From Deinococcales bacterium (GTDB taxonomy: Bacteria > Deinococcota > Deinococci > Deinococcales > JAAFIG01), in contig JAYWGM010000041.1 in assembly GCA_043778225.1 (NCBI GenBank), forward strand, positions 1 through 64,000: a stretch of DNA of 64,000 nt, in the 5' to 3' direction. Positions 39,939 through 50,358 of the stretch are shown in pieces (position 1 is the stretch's first letter; each line of letters opens with the position of its first letter). The notes below the pieces were generated by a model, which was not told where the DNA came from, did no database searches, and worked only from the letters and a program-made list of their open reading frames with translations. A program made the translations under genes and the position numbers.

Positions 39939-41003
39939 TTACGAGCCTGCCCCGGCAATGGGAGCGTGCAACTGACGCAACAGTGCATACTCGTCAAAGA
40001 CCGTCCACTCGCGCACAACCTTACCGCCCTGCAACCATGTGTGGGTCATCCCGAGCAAGCGTATCGGGCGACCACTAACTGGACCATACGCTCCAGGACC
40101 TTCGTGTGTACCTCGCAGTGTCCAGCGCGTCGCCACGCGCCAGCCGCGTGTTACATTACCGAGTACCGCAAGATGATCAATGGTAAGGCTCAAATCAGGA
40201 AACTGCGCCAGCAATCCCAGCACATAGCCCTCGTAATCGCCGTGTCCGTACAGCGCCCGCCCGCCTGGAACCCAAGCAACCATGCCGACAGCAAAATGTT
40301 CGCGCACCAAGTTGATCATCCGTGCATTAAAAATGTTATGCAGCAAAGCCCGCACAAAGCCCTCGGGGTTCTCGGAACTTGGTACATCCAGAAATGTCGG
40401 CGCAAACTGCCCAAGCCTCTGACCACTTTCGCTGGCGGGCAGCGCAGGGAGCGGCGCGGAACTCCGAGCCAGAGCCAGTGGGTCGTACCCAAGTTGGCGC
40501 AGTTCTGCACCCATGTCCGAAGCAATCCATTCCTCATAGATGCGGTTCTCGCGTATGGCGCAGTCAGCTACCACCCACCGTCCAATGCGGCGGTTGGTGG
40601 GCGGTCCAAAATCGGTGTGACCTGTATTCACACCAACCGTAAAAATGCGATGCGAAGTATAGAACCCACCCTGACCATCAGCGCACCAAATCACATCGTC
40701 GGCAAACGAACGGTAATCGCTAAAAGCCGCCAGCCGCTTCAAAGTTCCACGCACCACCGCCTCCGCGCCGTAAGTCAGACCGAGCGTGCTGTGCATTGTG
40801 ACATTACTGGCATAATGGGTGTAGATTAAGCCCACAGCCCGTTCCTCCCAGATGCGGTGCGTGCAGCGCACAATGTAATCCACAATGTCAACATAATGCG
40901 CCTCGAAACCCTCGAGTGCTTGGTGTCGTTCTGTGCCCGTTGCCAATGCAAAATCAGAGATGTCGGGATGATTGGCAAAGTCAAAATTGATTTCGTCACT
41001 CAT
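39939..41003 (-). CDS. Tandem SnoaL-like ester cyclase domain protein
   Basis: VDYIVRCTHRIWEE, two NTF2-like halves, RW.L.GTH.G. Confidence 0.75.
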   Translation of the reverse strand: MSDEINFDFANHPDISDFALATGTERHQALEGFEAHYVDIVDYIVRCTHRIWEERAVGLIYTHYASNVTMHSTLGLTYGAEAVVRGTLKRLAAFSDYRSFADDVIWCADGQGGFYTSHRIFTVGVNTGHTDFGPPTNRRIGRWVVADCAIRENRIYEEWIASDMGAELRQLGYDPLALARSSAPLPALPASESGQRLGQFAPTFLDVPSSENPEGFVRALLHNIFNARMINLVREHFAVGMVAWVPGGRALYGHGDYEGYVLGLLAQFPDLSLTIDHLAVLGNVTRGWRVATRWTLRGTHEGPGAYGPVSGRPIRLLGMTHTWLQGGKVVREWTVFDEYALLRQLHAPIAGAGS

Positions 41004-41968
41004 TTGTGGTCTCCTAAGTGAGCAAATAAATCTACGCCAAACTGCAAGAATAGATTGGGCAAATCAATAATCACCCAGTTTTCGGCTAATAAATTCTGCT
41101 CGCGCCGCCAAAAATCCATGACCCGCATACTGATTTCCTTACCCGTGGCTGGTGTTCCAAGGTACGTCCCAAGGTGGGTTGCGCCCAAACTTGGATAGCC
41201 ACCCGAAGCCACATAATGCCCCTCGGCGATTAACCCAATGCGTTTGACACTCGAGAAATTGCCGCTTCGGTCTGGGAAGGCTTGCAAAAAATGGGCTTGA
41301 TGGTACTGCTCAAAACCCGCCAGACCTCTGCCTGTGCCGATACCACTGGGTCCGTACCACATCATCTCTGGAGACCAGAAACGGTTCATTCCCATCGAGG
41401 CTAAGGTTTTTTGGTCGTACTGCCCCAGACCATTTGCCATGGCAATCACCAAATCACGGCTTTGCTGACTGGCTGCTGGGTCGGTCATTTCAAAGCGCAC
41501 ACCATCGTGGGTGCGTGGCGCTAAGACCAGCCCCTCTGCCCCAGCCCCTTGCAAAGGCGAAAACCCAACTTGGCGCATCAGGTCTAAAAAATCGAGTAAA
41601 ATATAGGCTTTGCTCACCTTCCCAGCCTCGAGTTTGTAAAATTCTCCGTAACGCAACCGTACTGCCCCTTGATTAGCTGGAATACCAAACAGGTCTTGGC
41701 TAAACGTACCAACATAATGCCCATGTGCTGCCACCAGCAAATCGCCTTTTGGGTTCTCGCCAACTAAAAAAATATCATCGTGCCGCTCTAAATCTGGCAA
41801 ACTTTCTTGCAGTGGCTCGAGCCACGAAGTCTGCACGGCTTTGATGCCCACAAGGGTATTGATTGGATGTGAGACACAAAATTCAACTTCGGGGGTCAGC
41901 ATTTGTTCGAGCGACTGAACTGTCAAAGAATGTAACCATGCCCAGAGGCGCTGCTTATGATCAATCAT
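41000..41968 (-). CDS. Tandem SnoaL-like ester cyclase domain protein
   Basis: SHPIN, WYGPSGIGT, FL.AFPDR, MRVMDFWRRE...ENWV.ID. Confidence 0.75.
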   Translation of the reverse strand: MIDHKQRLWAWLHSLTVQSLEQMLTPEVEFCVSHPINTLVGIKAVQTSWLEPLQESLPDLERHDDIFLVGENPKGDLLVAAHGHYVGTFSQDLFGIPANQGAVRLRYGEFYKLEAGKVSKAYILLDFLDLMRQVGFSPLQGAGAEGLVLAPRTHDGVRFEMTDPAASQQSRDLVIAMANGLGQYDQKTLASMGMNRFWSPEMMWYGPSGIGTGRGLAGFEQYHQAHFLQAFPDRSGNFSSVKRIGLIAEGHYVASGGYPSLGATHLGTYLGTPATGKEISMRVMDFWRREQNLLAENWVIIDLPNLFLQFGVDLFAHLGDHK

Positions 41969-41978
41969 TTAAGACCAC

Positions 41979-42821
41979 CTAACCCTTAACCGCTCCAGCA
42001 GTTAAGCCCTTAATCAAGAATTTTTGTAAGTACAAGACAATAATTACCATTGGAATCGCAATGCTGATTGCTCCAGCCGCCGAAATACTCCAGTAGCGCA
42101 AATCCTCCGCCCCAAATTGTGAAATCGCCACGGGCATGGTCACGGCGTTGGTGGCGGTTAGAATCAGGGGAATTAGAAATTCGTTGTAAGCCAGTAACAT
42201 ACTAAAAATACTGGCGGTGACGATGCCCGGTCCCATAATTGGCACAATCACATACCAAAAGGCTTGAAAGCGGCTGCAACCATCCACCATCGCGCTTTCC
42301 TCGAGTGAGTCTGGAATTTCTTGGAAAAAACTGCGGAGCATCCAGATCGTAAATGGCTGGTTAATCGCCACCAGTACCAGAATCAGCAGCAGTTGGGTGT
42401 CGTGCAGACCAGTAAGGCGTGCCAAGTAATAAAACGGCAGTAAAAAAGTTAGGCGTGGCAAAGCGCGAAAAACAAAGGCAGCAAATAAAATCCAGAACCC
42501 AGCCGCACGGTTGTACCGCGCCAGTCCGTAGCCAGCAAAGCAACCAACGGTAATTGAAATGGTGACTGTGCCAAAGGTAACAATTGCACTGTTGATTAAA
42601 TACTTACTAAAACCTTCTTCAATCCATAACGTTTGGTACGCCACCAAAGTTGGCTTAAAAACCCAGACGGGCGGCAATGCAAAAGCATCCACGACTTCCT
42701 TGATGCTGATTAAAAAAGTCCAGAAGAATGGAAAAATGGCGAGAATTGTCCAGACCGACAAAACCGCGTAAGCAATAGCAGAAAAAAGCGCTTGGCTCGA
42801 GGTGCGGCTGTGTGATTTCAT
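41979..42821 (-). CDS. Carbohydrate ABC transporter permease
   Basis: IPDSLEESAMVDGCSR EAA loop; GLTAGAVKG C-terminus. Confidence 0.9.
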   Translation of the reverse strand: MKSHSRTSSQALFSAIAYAVLSVWTILAIFPFFWTFLISIKEVVDAFALPPVWVFKPTLVAYQTLWIEEGFSKYLINSAIVTFGTVTISITVGCFAGYGLARYNRAAGFWILFAAFVFRALPRLTFLLPFYYLARLTGLHDTQLLLILVLVAINQPFTIWMLRSFFQEIPDSLEESAMVDGCSRFQAFWYVIVPIMGPGIVTASIFSMLLAYNEFLIPLILTATNAVTMPVAISQFGAEDLRYWSISAAGAISIAIPMVIIVLYLQKFLIKGLTAGAVKG

Positions 42822-43726
42822 TTTTTCCCCACAATATCAAAGTACGTTTGCCGCAGAAACGGGTAGAGGAGCGTGATAATCACTATCACGGCTAAGACAA
42901 TCGAAGCACTGGCACGCCCAAGCAATTGTTCTTGAAACGCCACGCTGTAGGTGTAATACATGATGGTTGCGGTGGCGTTGCCGGGTCCGCCTTGGGTCAT
43001 GACCGCCACGCTATCAAAAAGCCTGTAGGCATCCATGATGTTGACCATGCCAATAAAAATAAAAATTGGACGCAAGTACGGAATCATCACAAAACGCACC
43101 CGTTGCCACCAAGTCGCACCATCCATAATTGCCGCTTCGATGGGGTCGGCTGGCATGGCTTGTAACCCCGCGTAAAGCATCAGCATGATAAACGGCACTG
43201 CGCCCCAAATACCGTAACCAATCAGCAGCCCTCGAGCCGCCGTCGCATCGGCATACCACTGGATATTGACCCCGATGTTCGAGAGCAGCCACGTAATCAC
43301 GCCTCTGTCCTTAAAAAGCCAACTGATGGCGAGTGTCCCAACGACCGGTGTAACGATGTACGGCACAAGATACAAACTGATAAAAAAGCGCTTTAGGGCT
43401 GTGATTTCGTTGAGAATTAACGCCAAGCCAAAACCCAGTAAAATCTGAATTGGAATACTGACCACCATATAAAAAAGTGTAAAACCCAAGGCAGACCAAA
43501 AACGGCTATCCTCGAGAATCCGCGTGTAATTTAAGAAGCCAATAAATTTAGGTTCGACCCCAAAATTGAAATTAAAAAAACTGAGGTAAATGGTGGTGAA
43601 AAGTGGAAAGACCATTAAAACAGTCATGACCACCACGCTTGGCGAAACAAAAGCCCAGAATTCTCGAGGTTTCAAATCATCACCTACTTTTAAGGAAGAG
43701 GGTTCTCGAGAAAGGAATGGTTTCAA
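42818..43726 (-). CDS. Carbohydrate ABC transporter permease
   Basis: LYAGLQ..P..IEAAIMDGA, MTQGGPG. Confidence 0.9.
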   Translation of the reverse strand: MKPFLSREPSSLKVGDDLKPREFWAFVSPSVVVMTVLMVFPLFTTIYLSFFNFNFGVEPKFIGFLNYTRILEDSRFWSALGFTLFYMVVSIPIQILLGFGLALILNEITALKRFFISLYLVPYIVTPVVGTLAISWLFKDRGVITWLLSNIGVNIQWYADATAARGLLIGYGIWGAVPFIMLMLYAGLQAMPADPIEAAIMDGATWWQRVRFVMIPYLRPIFIFIGMVNIMDAYRLFDSVAVMTQGGPGNATATIMYYTYSVAFQEQLLGRASASIVLAVIVIITLLYPFLRQTYFDIVGKK

Positions 43727-43791
43727 TCACTTTCCGATTTAGGAATGTTGGACAGTCCCTAAAAATAGACAGGAACAATTTCTAAAAAAAC

Positions 43792-43857
43792 AGGGCGGAC
43801 ACGGGCGACCATGCCCGCTAGGTGCGTGTTTATGGTCAAGAAAGGGTCCGCCCCTAC
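43792..43857. repeat. REP-like hairpin with a nested 35-bp unit (43805-43839)
   Basis: agggcggacac..[gcgaccatgcccgctaggtgcgtgtttatggtcaa]..gggtccgcccctac. Confidence 0.8.
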
Positions 43858-43885
43858 GAAAATGGAACTTGGTTTTTGCTACATT

Positions 43886-45190
43886 TTATTTAATAAAACC
43901 TTGGACTCGCATTTCGTCCTCGGTCTTTTTGGCAGCCAAGTCAAGCGCCGCTTTGAGGTCGGTTTTATTGACCAGTGCAAGGCGCAATTCGTTGCCCAGA
44001 ATGGTGGTGGCAATGCCTTGGTACGGCACGGCTGGGCGCAGTGCGACAGCCTGACGGGCATTGCTGGCGGCGGCGACCCATGCACGGTTTTTAGCCACCA
44101 AACTTGGATTGGTGGCAATGCTATCGCGGCTGACCATACCAAAATTAGCCGCGTTGGTTTGGTTACTTTTACCAAGCATTTCCATAATCACACGGAAAGC
44201 CAAATCAGCATCCACTTTGCTCGAGGCAGCGATGGCGAGCGCATCACCTTCGGCAGTGTTTGCACCAAGTCCACCAGCCACAATCTTAAAGGCTGGGGCA
44301 TAGTCAATTTTACCAACCACTCGAGAAACTTTTTCGTCTTCCATGGCGGAGGCTCGAGTAATCCAGATTTTAGAAAGCGCGATGTCGCCTTGTTGCAAAC
44401 CAACCATGACATCATCGTTGGAGTAATTCAGCACAGCAGGAGGCATAAACTCAAGCCATTCACGAATGGCTTGGGCAGCTTTCAGACCATTGGCATTGTT
44501 AAAAACTGGTTTACGGTTCTTATCAAACCACACGCCACCAAGCGCCGCATAGTTGCTGTGGAATTCGCCAGCCAAACCGCCACCGCCCAAAGCCAATGCC
44601 ATTGGGTACTTGGTTTTACCAGCTTTTTTGAGCGTCTCGAGTCCAGCGCTGAGTTCATCAAGGGTTTTAGCGGGTTTTAAGTTCAGTTCGGCAAAAATAT
44701 CCTTGCGGAAAAACTGGACTTGGGTATTAAAGTTGACGGGAATGGCAAATTGACGCACCCCCAAAGTGGTATTGGCAATCAATTTATCGCTGATGTCGTC
44801 GAGATTATAGGTGCGCTTATACTTGGCAATCAAAGAATTTAAGGGCAATAACCAGCCTTTAGAACCCCAGTCTGCGACCAAGCGTGGATTGACGTGTAAA
44901 ATCTGATATGGCGAGCTACCCGTTGCCAAGGCAGTATTAACTTGGGTTTCATACTGAGCGGGTTGTAAGAAACTGGTTTTAACACTGATATTACCTTTGC
45001 TACAGGCTTCGGCAGCATTAAAGTAATACTCCATCATTGGGAAACGAAACCCAAACACATTGATGGTTGTTGGATTGCTCGCGTCTTTTAGGGTGCAAGC
45101 GGCGGCTGTTTGCTGCGCCGAACCTAAACTGAGGGCTGCTGTAATTGCCAAGGTGCTGACTAAACCTAAACCGACCAAACGTTTTTTCAT
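43886..45190 (-). CDS. Sugar-type ABC transporter substrate-binding protein
   Basis: Signal peptide, LLPLN, AIP..N.Q..FFRKDIF..L.L.P.KT.DE; GGAGG RBS. Confidence 0.85.
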   Translation of the reverse strand: MKKRLVGLGLVSTLAITAALSLGSAQQTAAACTLKDASNPTTINVFGFRFPMMEYYFNAAEACSKGNISVKTSFLQPAQYETQVNTALATGSSPYQILHVNPRLVADWGSKGWLLPLNSLIAKYKRTYNLDDISDKLIANTTLGVRQFAIPVNFNTQVQFFRKDIFAELNLKPAKTLDELSAGLETLKKAGKTKYPMALALGGGGLAGEFHSNYAALGGVWFDKNRKPVFNNANGLKAAQAIREWLEFMPPAVLNYSNDDVMVGLQQGDIALSKIWITRASAMEDEKVSRVVGKIDYAPAFKIVAGGLGANTAEGDALAIAASSKVDADLAFRVIMEMLGKSNQTNAANFGMVSRDSIATNPSLVAKNRAWVAAASNARQAVALRPAVPYQGIATTILGNELRLALVNKTDLKAALDLAAKKTEDEMRVQGFIK

Positions 45191-45274
45191 ACATTCCTCC
45201 AACCTCTTTATCGAGGGGTAAAACCATTTGTACTAAGCCAGTTGGCTCGAGACTCAATTTGACGACTGGCTGAC

Positions 45275-45303
45275 ATTCTAATGCAAGCGTATGCAATTTG
45301 CAA
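45275..45303 (-). promoter_or_regulatory. Sigma70-type promoter with a LacI-type operator in the spacer
   Basis: Minus strand TTGCAA-attgcatacgcttgcat (17 bp)-TAGAAT. Confidence 0.7.
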
Positions 45304-45310
45304 AGTACCC

Positions 45311-46588
45311 CTAAAGTAAACCCTGTTTTTTCAGGCGAATATCGCACGAAAGCGCATGACCAAACATCAATTCGGCTCGAGCCACCGCCGCCGCATGCGG
45401 CGCAACGGTGCGGCTGCCTTCTTGGGTACAACGCTGATACGTAACCGTTTTGGTGAATTTACCAACCCACAAGCCGCCGGTGTACCGCGCCGCGCCACCG
45501 GTTGGCAGGACATGATTTGTACCAATCGCCTTATCTGAATACGCTACGGTTGCCTCGTGACCCAAAAACACCGAGCCATAATTTTGTAAGCGTGCCAAGA
45601 ACCAGTCTGGGTCTTGGGTTTGCACCTCGAGATGCTCTGGAGCAAACTGGTCAGACACAAGCACCATTTCATCATCCGATTCGCAAACAATAATGCTGCC
45701 ACAGTCACGCCAAGCCACTTGTGCGACATCGCGGGTAGGATAATCAACCAGAATTTTTAGCACCAATTGTTCAACCTCGAGTGCCAAAGCTCGAGAAGTC
45801 GTAATCAGTGTGGCAGGGCTGTTTAAGCCGTGTTCAGCTTGCCCCAGTAAATCTATGGCGACCACTTCAGGGTCGGCGCTCGAGTCGGCAATAATTAAAA
45901 TATCGGTTGGACCCGCCAATAAATCTATGCCACAAACCCCAAATAACTGGCGCTTAGCTTCGGCAACATAGGCATTGCCCGCCCCCACAATCATGTCTAC
46001 TGGTGCTAACTCGAGTTCTGGCACACCAAACGCCATTGCCGCCATCGCTTGTACCCCACCGATGCTGTAAATTTCATCTGCGCCTGAAGTGTGCATGGTA
46101 AATAATTGGGCGGCGTAAATCCCCAAGCCGTCCTTAGGCGGCGCACTTGCCACCACCCGTTTGACACCCGCGACTTTTGGCACAACCACGGTCATGGCAC
46201 TCGAGGCAATCAGCGGATAACGCCCACCGGGACTGTAACTACCGACACTCGAGACTGGAATTTGTTTCTGCCCCAGAATAATTCCGGGATGCGTCTCGAC
46301 CTCAAATTCAGTCAGGGTGGCTTTTTGCAATTCAGCAAAGCGCCTGACTTCGGTTTGTAGCCAGCCAATGTGCATTTGCCAATCTTCGGGGGTGTTCTCG
46401 AGGGCTGATTTAATATCCTCTTGCGAAACCCGAAAACTGGGCGGCGACCATTTGTCAAAGCGTTCCGAGTAACGGCGCACCGCAGCAAGCCCTTCGGATT
46501 CAACAGCTAAAATAATTTCCGAAACGGTGTCCTTAATTTCTCGAGCAACGGCTTTGGGTGTGGGCGGCGGTTTTTTAATGTATTCCAT
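45311..46588 (-). CDS. Histidinol dehydrogenase paralogue (HpsN-like)
   Basis: PGGRYPL, GNAYVAEAKRQL, IDLLAGP, DLLGQAEH, APEHLE, GTNHVLPT; not in a his operon. Confidence 0.85.
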   Translation of the reverse strand: MEYIKKPPPTPKAVAREIKDTVSEIILAVESEGLAAVRRYSERFDKWSPPSFRVSQEDIKSALENTPEDWQMHIGWLQTEVRRFAELQKATLTEFEVETHPGIILGQKQIPVSSVGSYSPGGRYPLIASSAMTVVVPKVAGVKRVVASAPPKDGLGIYAAQLFTMHTSGADEIYSIGGVQAMAAMAFGVPELELAPVDMIVGAGNAYVAEAKRQLFGVCGIDLLAGPTDILIIADSSADPEVVAIDLLGQAEHGLNSPATLITTSRALALEVEQLVLKILVDYPTRDVAQVAWRDCGSIIVCESDDEMVLVSDQFAPEHLEVQTQDPDWFLARLQNYGSVFLGHEATVAYSDKAIGTNHVLPTGGAARYTGGLWVGKFTKTVTYQRCTQEGSRTVAPHAAAVARAELMFGHALSCDIRLKKQGLL

Positions 46589-46603
46589 GAATTCCTTATG
46601 AAC

Positions 46604-46637
46604 TCCCCCTCGCTTCGCTCGACCCCTCTTTGACGGG
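46604..46637. repeat. Partial copy of the gagcgaagcg-core repeat family
   Basis: ccccctcgcttcgctcgacccct resembles the 20731-20845 element. Confidence 0.5.
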
Positions 46638-46663
46638 TGCTTAGTTCAGAGGTCAAGTGTTTT

Positions 46664-47395
46664 TTACCGGGCAGTCCAACCACCATCTACGAGCAGGCTT
46701 GTACCCGTGATTAAATTGGCTTTGCTCGAGGCTAAAAATGCAACAGCGTGCGCCACATCCTCGGGCGTACCAAGATGACCGAGTGGGATGCTCGAGACAA
46801 CCATGTTTTGGAAATCTGGATTCTCGAGCATCGGACGGGTTAAATCGGTTTCAATGAAGGTTGGCGCAACACTGACCACCCGAATTTTATGCGGGGCAAG
46901 TTCGACCGCCAAGGCTTTGGTCAGACCCTCGAGGGCGTGTTTACTGGCACAATACACACTGCGGTTAGGCGCACCAACATGACCCATCTGCGAAGAAATG
47001 TTAATAATCACACCGCCATTATTTAACTCGAGCATTTTTTGCACCGCGATTTGCGTGGCAAAAAAAGTGGTTCTCAGATTCAAATTAAAAATCTGGTCAA
47101 AATGCGCCTCTGTGACCTCGAGAAACGGTTCGGGAATGTTTGTACCAACATTATTGACCAATACATCCAGACGCGGCAAACCACCAAGCACGATTTTTAA
47201 TTGCTCGAGATTTGAGGCATCGGTTTGTAGAATAAAAGTATTGCAGTTGAGGGCTTGTATTTCGGCTGCTACGGTTTCTAAAGACTCAAGATTACGCCCA
47301 ATCAAAGCCACATCAAAACCATCTTTGGCAAGTTCCAAAGCACACGCCCGACCAATGCCTCGAGACGCGCCGGTAATCGCAGCAATTTTAGTCAC
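46664..47395 (-). CDS. Short-chain dehydrogenase/reductase
   Basis: TGASRGIG, NNVG, ISSQMG, YCASK. Confidence 0.92.
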   Translation of the reverse strand: MTKIAAITGASRGIGRACALELAKDGFDVALIGRNLESLETVAAEIQALNCNTFILQTDASNLEQLKIVLGGLPRLDVLVNNVGTNIPEPFLEVTEAHFDQIFNLNLRTTFFATQIAVQKMLELNNGGVIINISSQMGHVGAPNRSVYCASKHALEGLTKALAVELAPHKIRVVSVAPTFIETDLTRPMLENPDFQNMVVSSIPLGHLGTPEDVAHAVAFLASSKANLITGTSLLVDGGWTAR

Positions 47396-48501
47396 AGTTC
47401 ACCTGCGGCTGGAGCATGGATTTGTTTAAGAAGAGCAAATTCATCAAAAACCGTGTATTCTCGAGCAACCCTACCATTCTCGAGTTCAAGGTGGCTAATG
47501 CACAAAAGTTTAATCCTTTGCCCTGTAGCATCGCCGTACCAGCCCGTTCCGAGGTGCGTGCCTTGGAATGTCCAGCGCACGGCAATTTTGAGATTTGCGC
47601 CACTGCCAATGTAGCAAATGTGGTCTACACTGACACCAGCGTCGGGGAAGGCAGCCAGTAAACTGAGGACAAAATGTTGGTAGGCACTGATTCCCTCGAG
47701 TTTACGGGCGGTGGACACAAAAGCAGTTGGGGACTGGGTATAATAGTCTTTAACTCGGTTTAATAAGCGCCAATTCCAGATTTCTTGGAACATCGAATGC
47801 ACAAAGTCGGTCACATCAAAATCGTGACTCGAGCGAAGAGGCAATTTAGGCGGAAGTTGCCCTTCGAGGCGGTCTATTTCGGGTACACCAATTTGCACTG
47901 GGCTGGTGGCATTGCGGATTGCATCGGCTTTTGCCATGCGTTTAGCAAGGTCTATTTCGTTAAAACCAAGTTGCCGCACCAGTGCCAGTTCGTCACGCAC
48001 CAACCATTCTTCGGTGATGCGATTTTGGCGCACAAAACAATGGGCAATACCACGGCGTAAAATGCGTTTATTGGTCGGCGCTCCGTACTGGCTGTAGCCT
48101 GTGTTGCGGGCTGTCCAAGTAATGCGGTGACTCGAGTGAAAACCATCTGTTTCGTTGCCGCTCCAAATCACTTCGTCGCCGTGTAGCCTTGCATCTGGGA
48201 AGGCTGCCAAAGTTTTTAGTGTGCCTTCGACCACCGCCTCGCGCCCATAAATGGTTGCGTCGGTCATGTAAATTGGGCAGTTATGGGTGTAATGCGTATA
48301 AATTAAACCTATCGCTTTTTCTTCCCAAATTTTATGAGTACAACGAATAATATAATCCACAAAGTCTGGATAATCGGCATCAAAGCCTTGCAGTGCTTGG
48401 CGGCGCTCGAGTGGGCGGTCAGGGCTACTAAAACTCGAGATGTCGCGCCCATTCACCATAATTTGGCTGCGCTCGAGCAATTCTTGTTCTGATGGTTTCA
48501 T
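47392..48501 (-). CDS. Tandem SnoaL-like ester cyclase domain protein
   Basis: VDYIIRCTHKIWEE; paralogue of 39939-41003. Confidence 0.75.
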   Translation of the reverse strand: MKPSEQELLERSQIMVNGRDISSFSSPDRPLERRQALQGFDADYPDFVDYIIRCTHKIWEEKAIGLIYTHYTHNCPIYMTDATIYGREAVVEGTLKTLAAFPDARLHGDEVIWSGNETDGFHSSHRITWTARNTGYSQYGAPTNKRILRRGIAHCFVRQNRITEEWLVRDELALVRQLGFNEIDLAKRMAKADAIRNATSPVQIGVPEIDRLEGQLPPKLPLRSSHDFDVTDFVHSMFQEIWNWRLLNRVKDYYTQSPTAFVSTARKLEGISAYQHFVLSLLAAFPDAGVSVDHICYIGSGANLKIAVRWTFQGTHLGTGWYGDATGQRIKLLCISHLELENGRVAREYTVFDEFALLKQIHAPAAGEL

Positions 48502-48513
48502 GATTTCACCTTA

Positions 48514-49533
48514 TTAACCTTTTGCCCTTTTTCCCTTTTGCCCCTGCCCTTTGACACTGCCGCGTTCGATGAGCGACCCCGGAATAAAACGTAAATTGCT
48601 ACCAAGTGGTGCGTTTTCGATCGCCTCGAGTAAAATCTGCAAGCTCGAATCAATCATCGTTTCAACAGGTTGGCGAATTGTGGTCAGGTTATACGCCCCC
48701 CATGCTGCCATTGGAATATCGTCAAAGCCGACGATGCTAATGTCTGTGCCGACTTTAACCCCAGCTTCCCGAGCCGCATCTATTGCGCCAATTGCGGTAA
48801 TATCATTGGCGCAAAAAATAGCGTCGGGTGCGTCCGAACGTGCCAATAAACGCTGCATGGCAGCAAAACCAGCCTCATAAGTAAAATTGCCAGTTTCGCG
48901 CTGCACGGTGTAACCAGCCTCCTCGAGCCGTGATGTATAACTGCTTTCGCGGTCACGGTTGGTGCTGGTGTTCTCGCGCCCAGCAATGTAGGCGTAACAG
49001 CGGTGCGGGCGCTTGAGCAGGTATTCTGCAACCATCCGCCCACCACCACGGTTATCACAGCAGACAGCGCTCGAGGAGGCATCGGCGGCATAGCGATTGA
49101 ACAACACCACTGGCGTACCATGGCGACTGAGGGTTTCTGCCATGTGGCTGGATAAACTCGCCGAGGCAATCAGTAAGCCGTCGCATTGGTACTCGAGAAC
49201 AAGCGGCAGCAAATCGTCCACTTCGTGTTCGGCATCGGTACTAAAAAGCAGCACCCGCCAGCCCAGCGCATGAAGTTTAGAGGTCAGTTTTTCTAAGACA
49301 AACGGATAAAACGGACTGGTCATCTCGGACATCACAATGCCAATCAAACGGCTTTGCTGGGTGCTTAAACTCCGCGCCATAGCGTTGGGGGTGTAGCCTA
49401 ATTTCAGTGCCAAATGCTGGACTTTTTCACGGGTTTTGGTGGCAATCCGCACATCGTTAGACAATGCCCTCGAGACGGTACTTTGGCTAATGCCAAGTTC
49501 CTGCGCCAAATCCACACTGGTGACTCGAGCCAC
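48514..49533 (-). CDS. LacI family transcriptional regulator
   Basis: DLAQELGISQSTVSRAL, Y.PN..ARSL, AIFCAND, VGFDD, LTTIRQP. Confidence 0.95.
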   Translation of the reverse strand: MARVTSVDLAQELGISQSTVSRALSNDVRIATKTREKVQHLALKLGYTPNAMARSLSTQQSRLIGIVMSEMTSPFYPFVLEKLTSKLHALGWRVLLFSTDAEHEVDDLLPLVLEYQCDGLLIASASLSSHMAETLSRHGTPVVLFNRYAADASSSAVCCDNRGGGRMVAEYLLKRPHRCYAYIAGRENTSTNRDRESSYTSRLEEAGYTVQRETGNFTYEAGFAAMQRLLARSDAPDAIFCANDITAIGAIDAAREAGVKVGTDISIVGFDDIPMAAWGAYNLTTIRQPVETMIDSSLQILLEAIENAPLGSNLRFIPGSLIERGSVKGQGQKGKRAKG

Positions 49534-50321
49534 TAATAACCACCCGCCTGTTTTTGACTTGAGCCGCTTCTAAACGTCTCGAGCGCAGTTTTAGCGGCAG
49601 CAGCCAGCATTCTCGAGTCGCTTGATAAAACCAGAAAACGATAACCAATTGCTTGCATTTGCAACCCATATTCAGGGCTGCCACAAAAAATACCAACCTG
49701 CTTACCTGCGGCACGGGTTTTAGTAGCAATAGTCTCGAGAATACCCAAGAATTCTGGCGCGAGACTATCGAGTTTTGCACCGTTACCCAAAGACTGATTT
49801 AAGTCCGAAGGTCCAACAAAAATACCATCCAAGTCTGGAATCTCGAGGATACTTTCTAAATTCTCGAGACCTTGGCGGGTCTCAATCATCGCCAACGTCA
49901 AAATTGTATCGTTGGCTTGTTGTCCATATTCCGCGCCGTACACCAGTGCTGCTCGAGTTGGACCAAAACTGCGAATTCCACGCGGCGGATACCGACAAGC
50001 CGCCACAAAAGCCTGTGCCTCGAGTGCTGTATTGACCATTGGGCAAATGATTCCCAGCGCACCAGCATCCAAGAATTTCATGATTTCGGCAGGGTCATTC
50101 CAAGCCGAACGCACAAACGGCACAGCCGCAGTTCTCGAGACTGCGCCGACCAAACCTAGAGCAGTATCCATAGCGTAAGGCGCGTGTTGATGGTCAATCA
50201 CCACCGCATCAAAACCTTGTAGCGACAATAATTCTGCCACAAATGGATGTCCAAAATGCAGCCAACCCGCCGTGGCGGCGAGGTCTTTTTGCCAAATGGT
50301 TTTAATCGGATTTTTGGTCAT
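49533..50321 (-). CDS. HpcH/HpaI family aldolase
   Basis: IDHQHA, LDAGA.GII.PMV, YPPRG.RS, MIET, FVGPSDL. Confidence 0.9.
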   Translation of the reverse strand: MTKNPIKTIWQKDLAATAGWLHFGHPFVAELLSLQGFDAVVIDHQHAPYAMDTALGLVGAVSRTAAVPFVRSAWNDPAEIMKFLDAGALGIICPMVNTALEAQAFVAACRYPPRGIRSFGPTRAALVYGAEYGQQANDTILTLAMIETRQGLENLESILEIPDLDGIFVGPSDLNQSLGNGAKLDSLAPEFLGILETIATKTRAAGKQVGIFCGSPEYGLQMQAIGYRFLVLSSDSRMLAAAAKTALETFRSGSSQKQAGGY

Positions 50322-50358
50322 GAGTAATTCTACTGTGTTGGGCGAGGCAAGCCTACGA

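Noticed and set aside
45311..46588. Call as housekeeping hisD
   Set aside because: The catabolic context and short N-terminus fit an HpsN-like paralogue, so the symbol was withheld.
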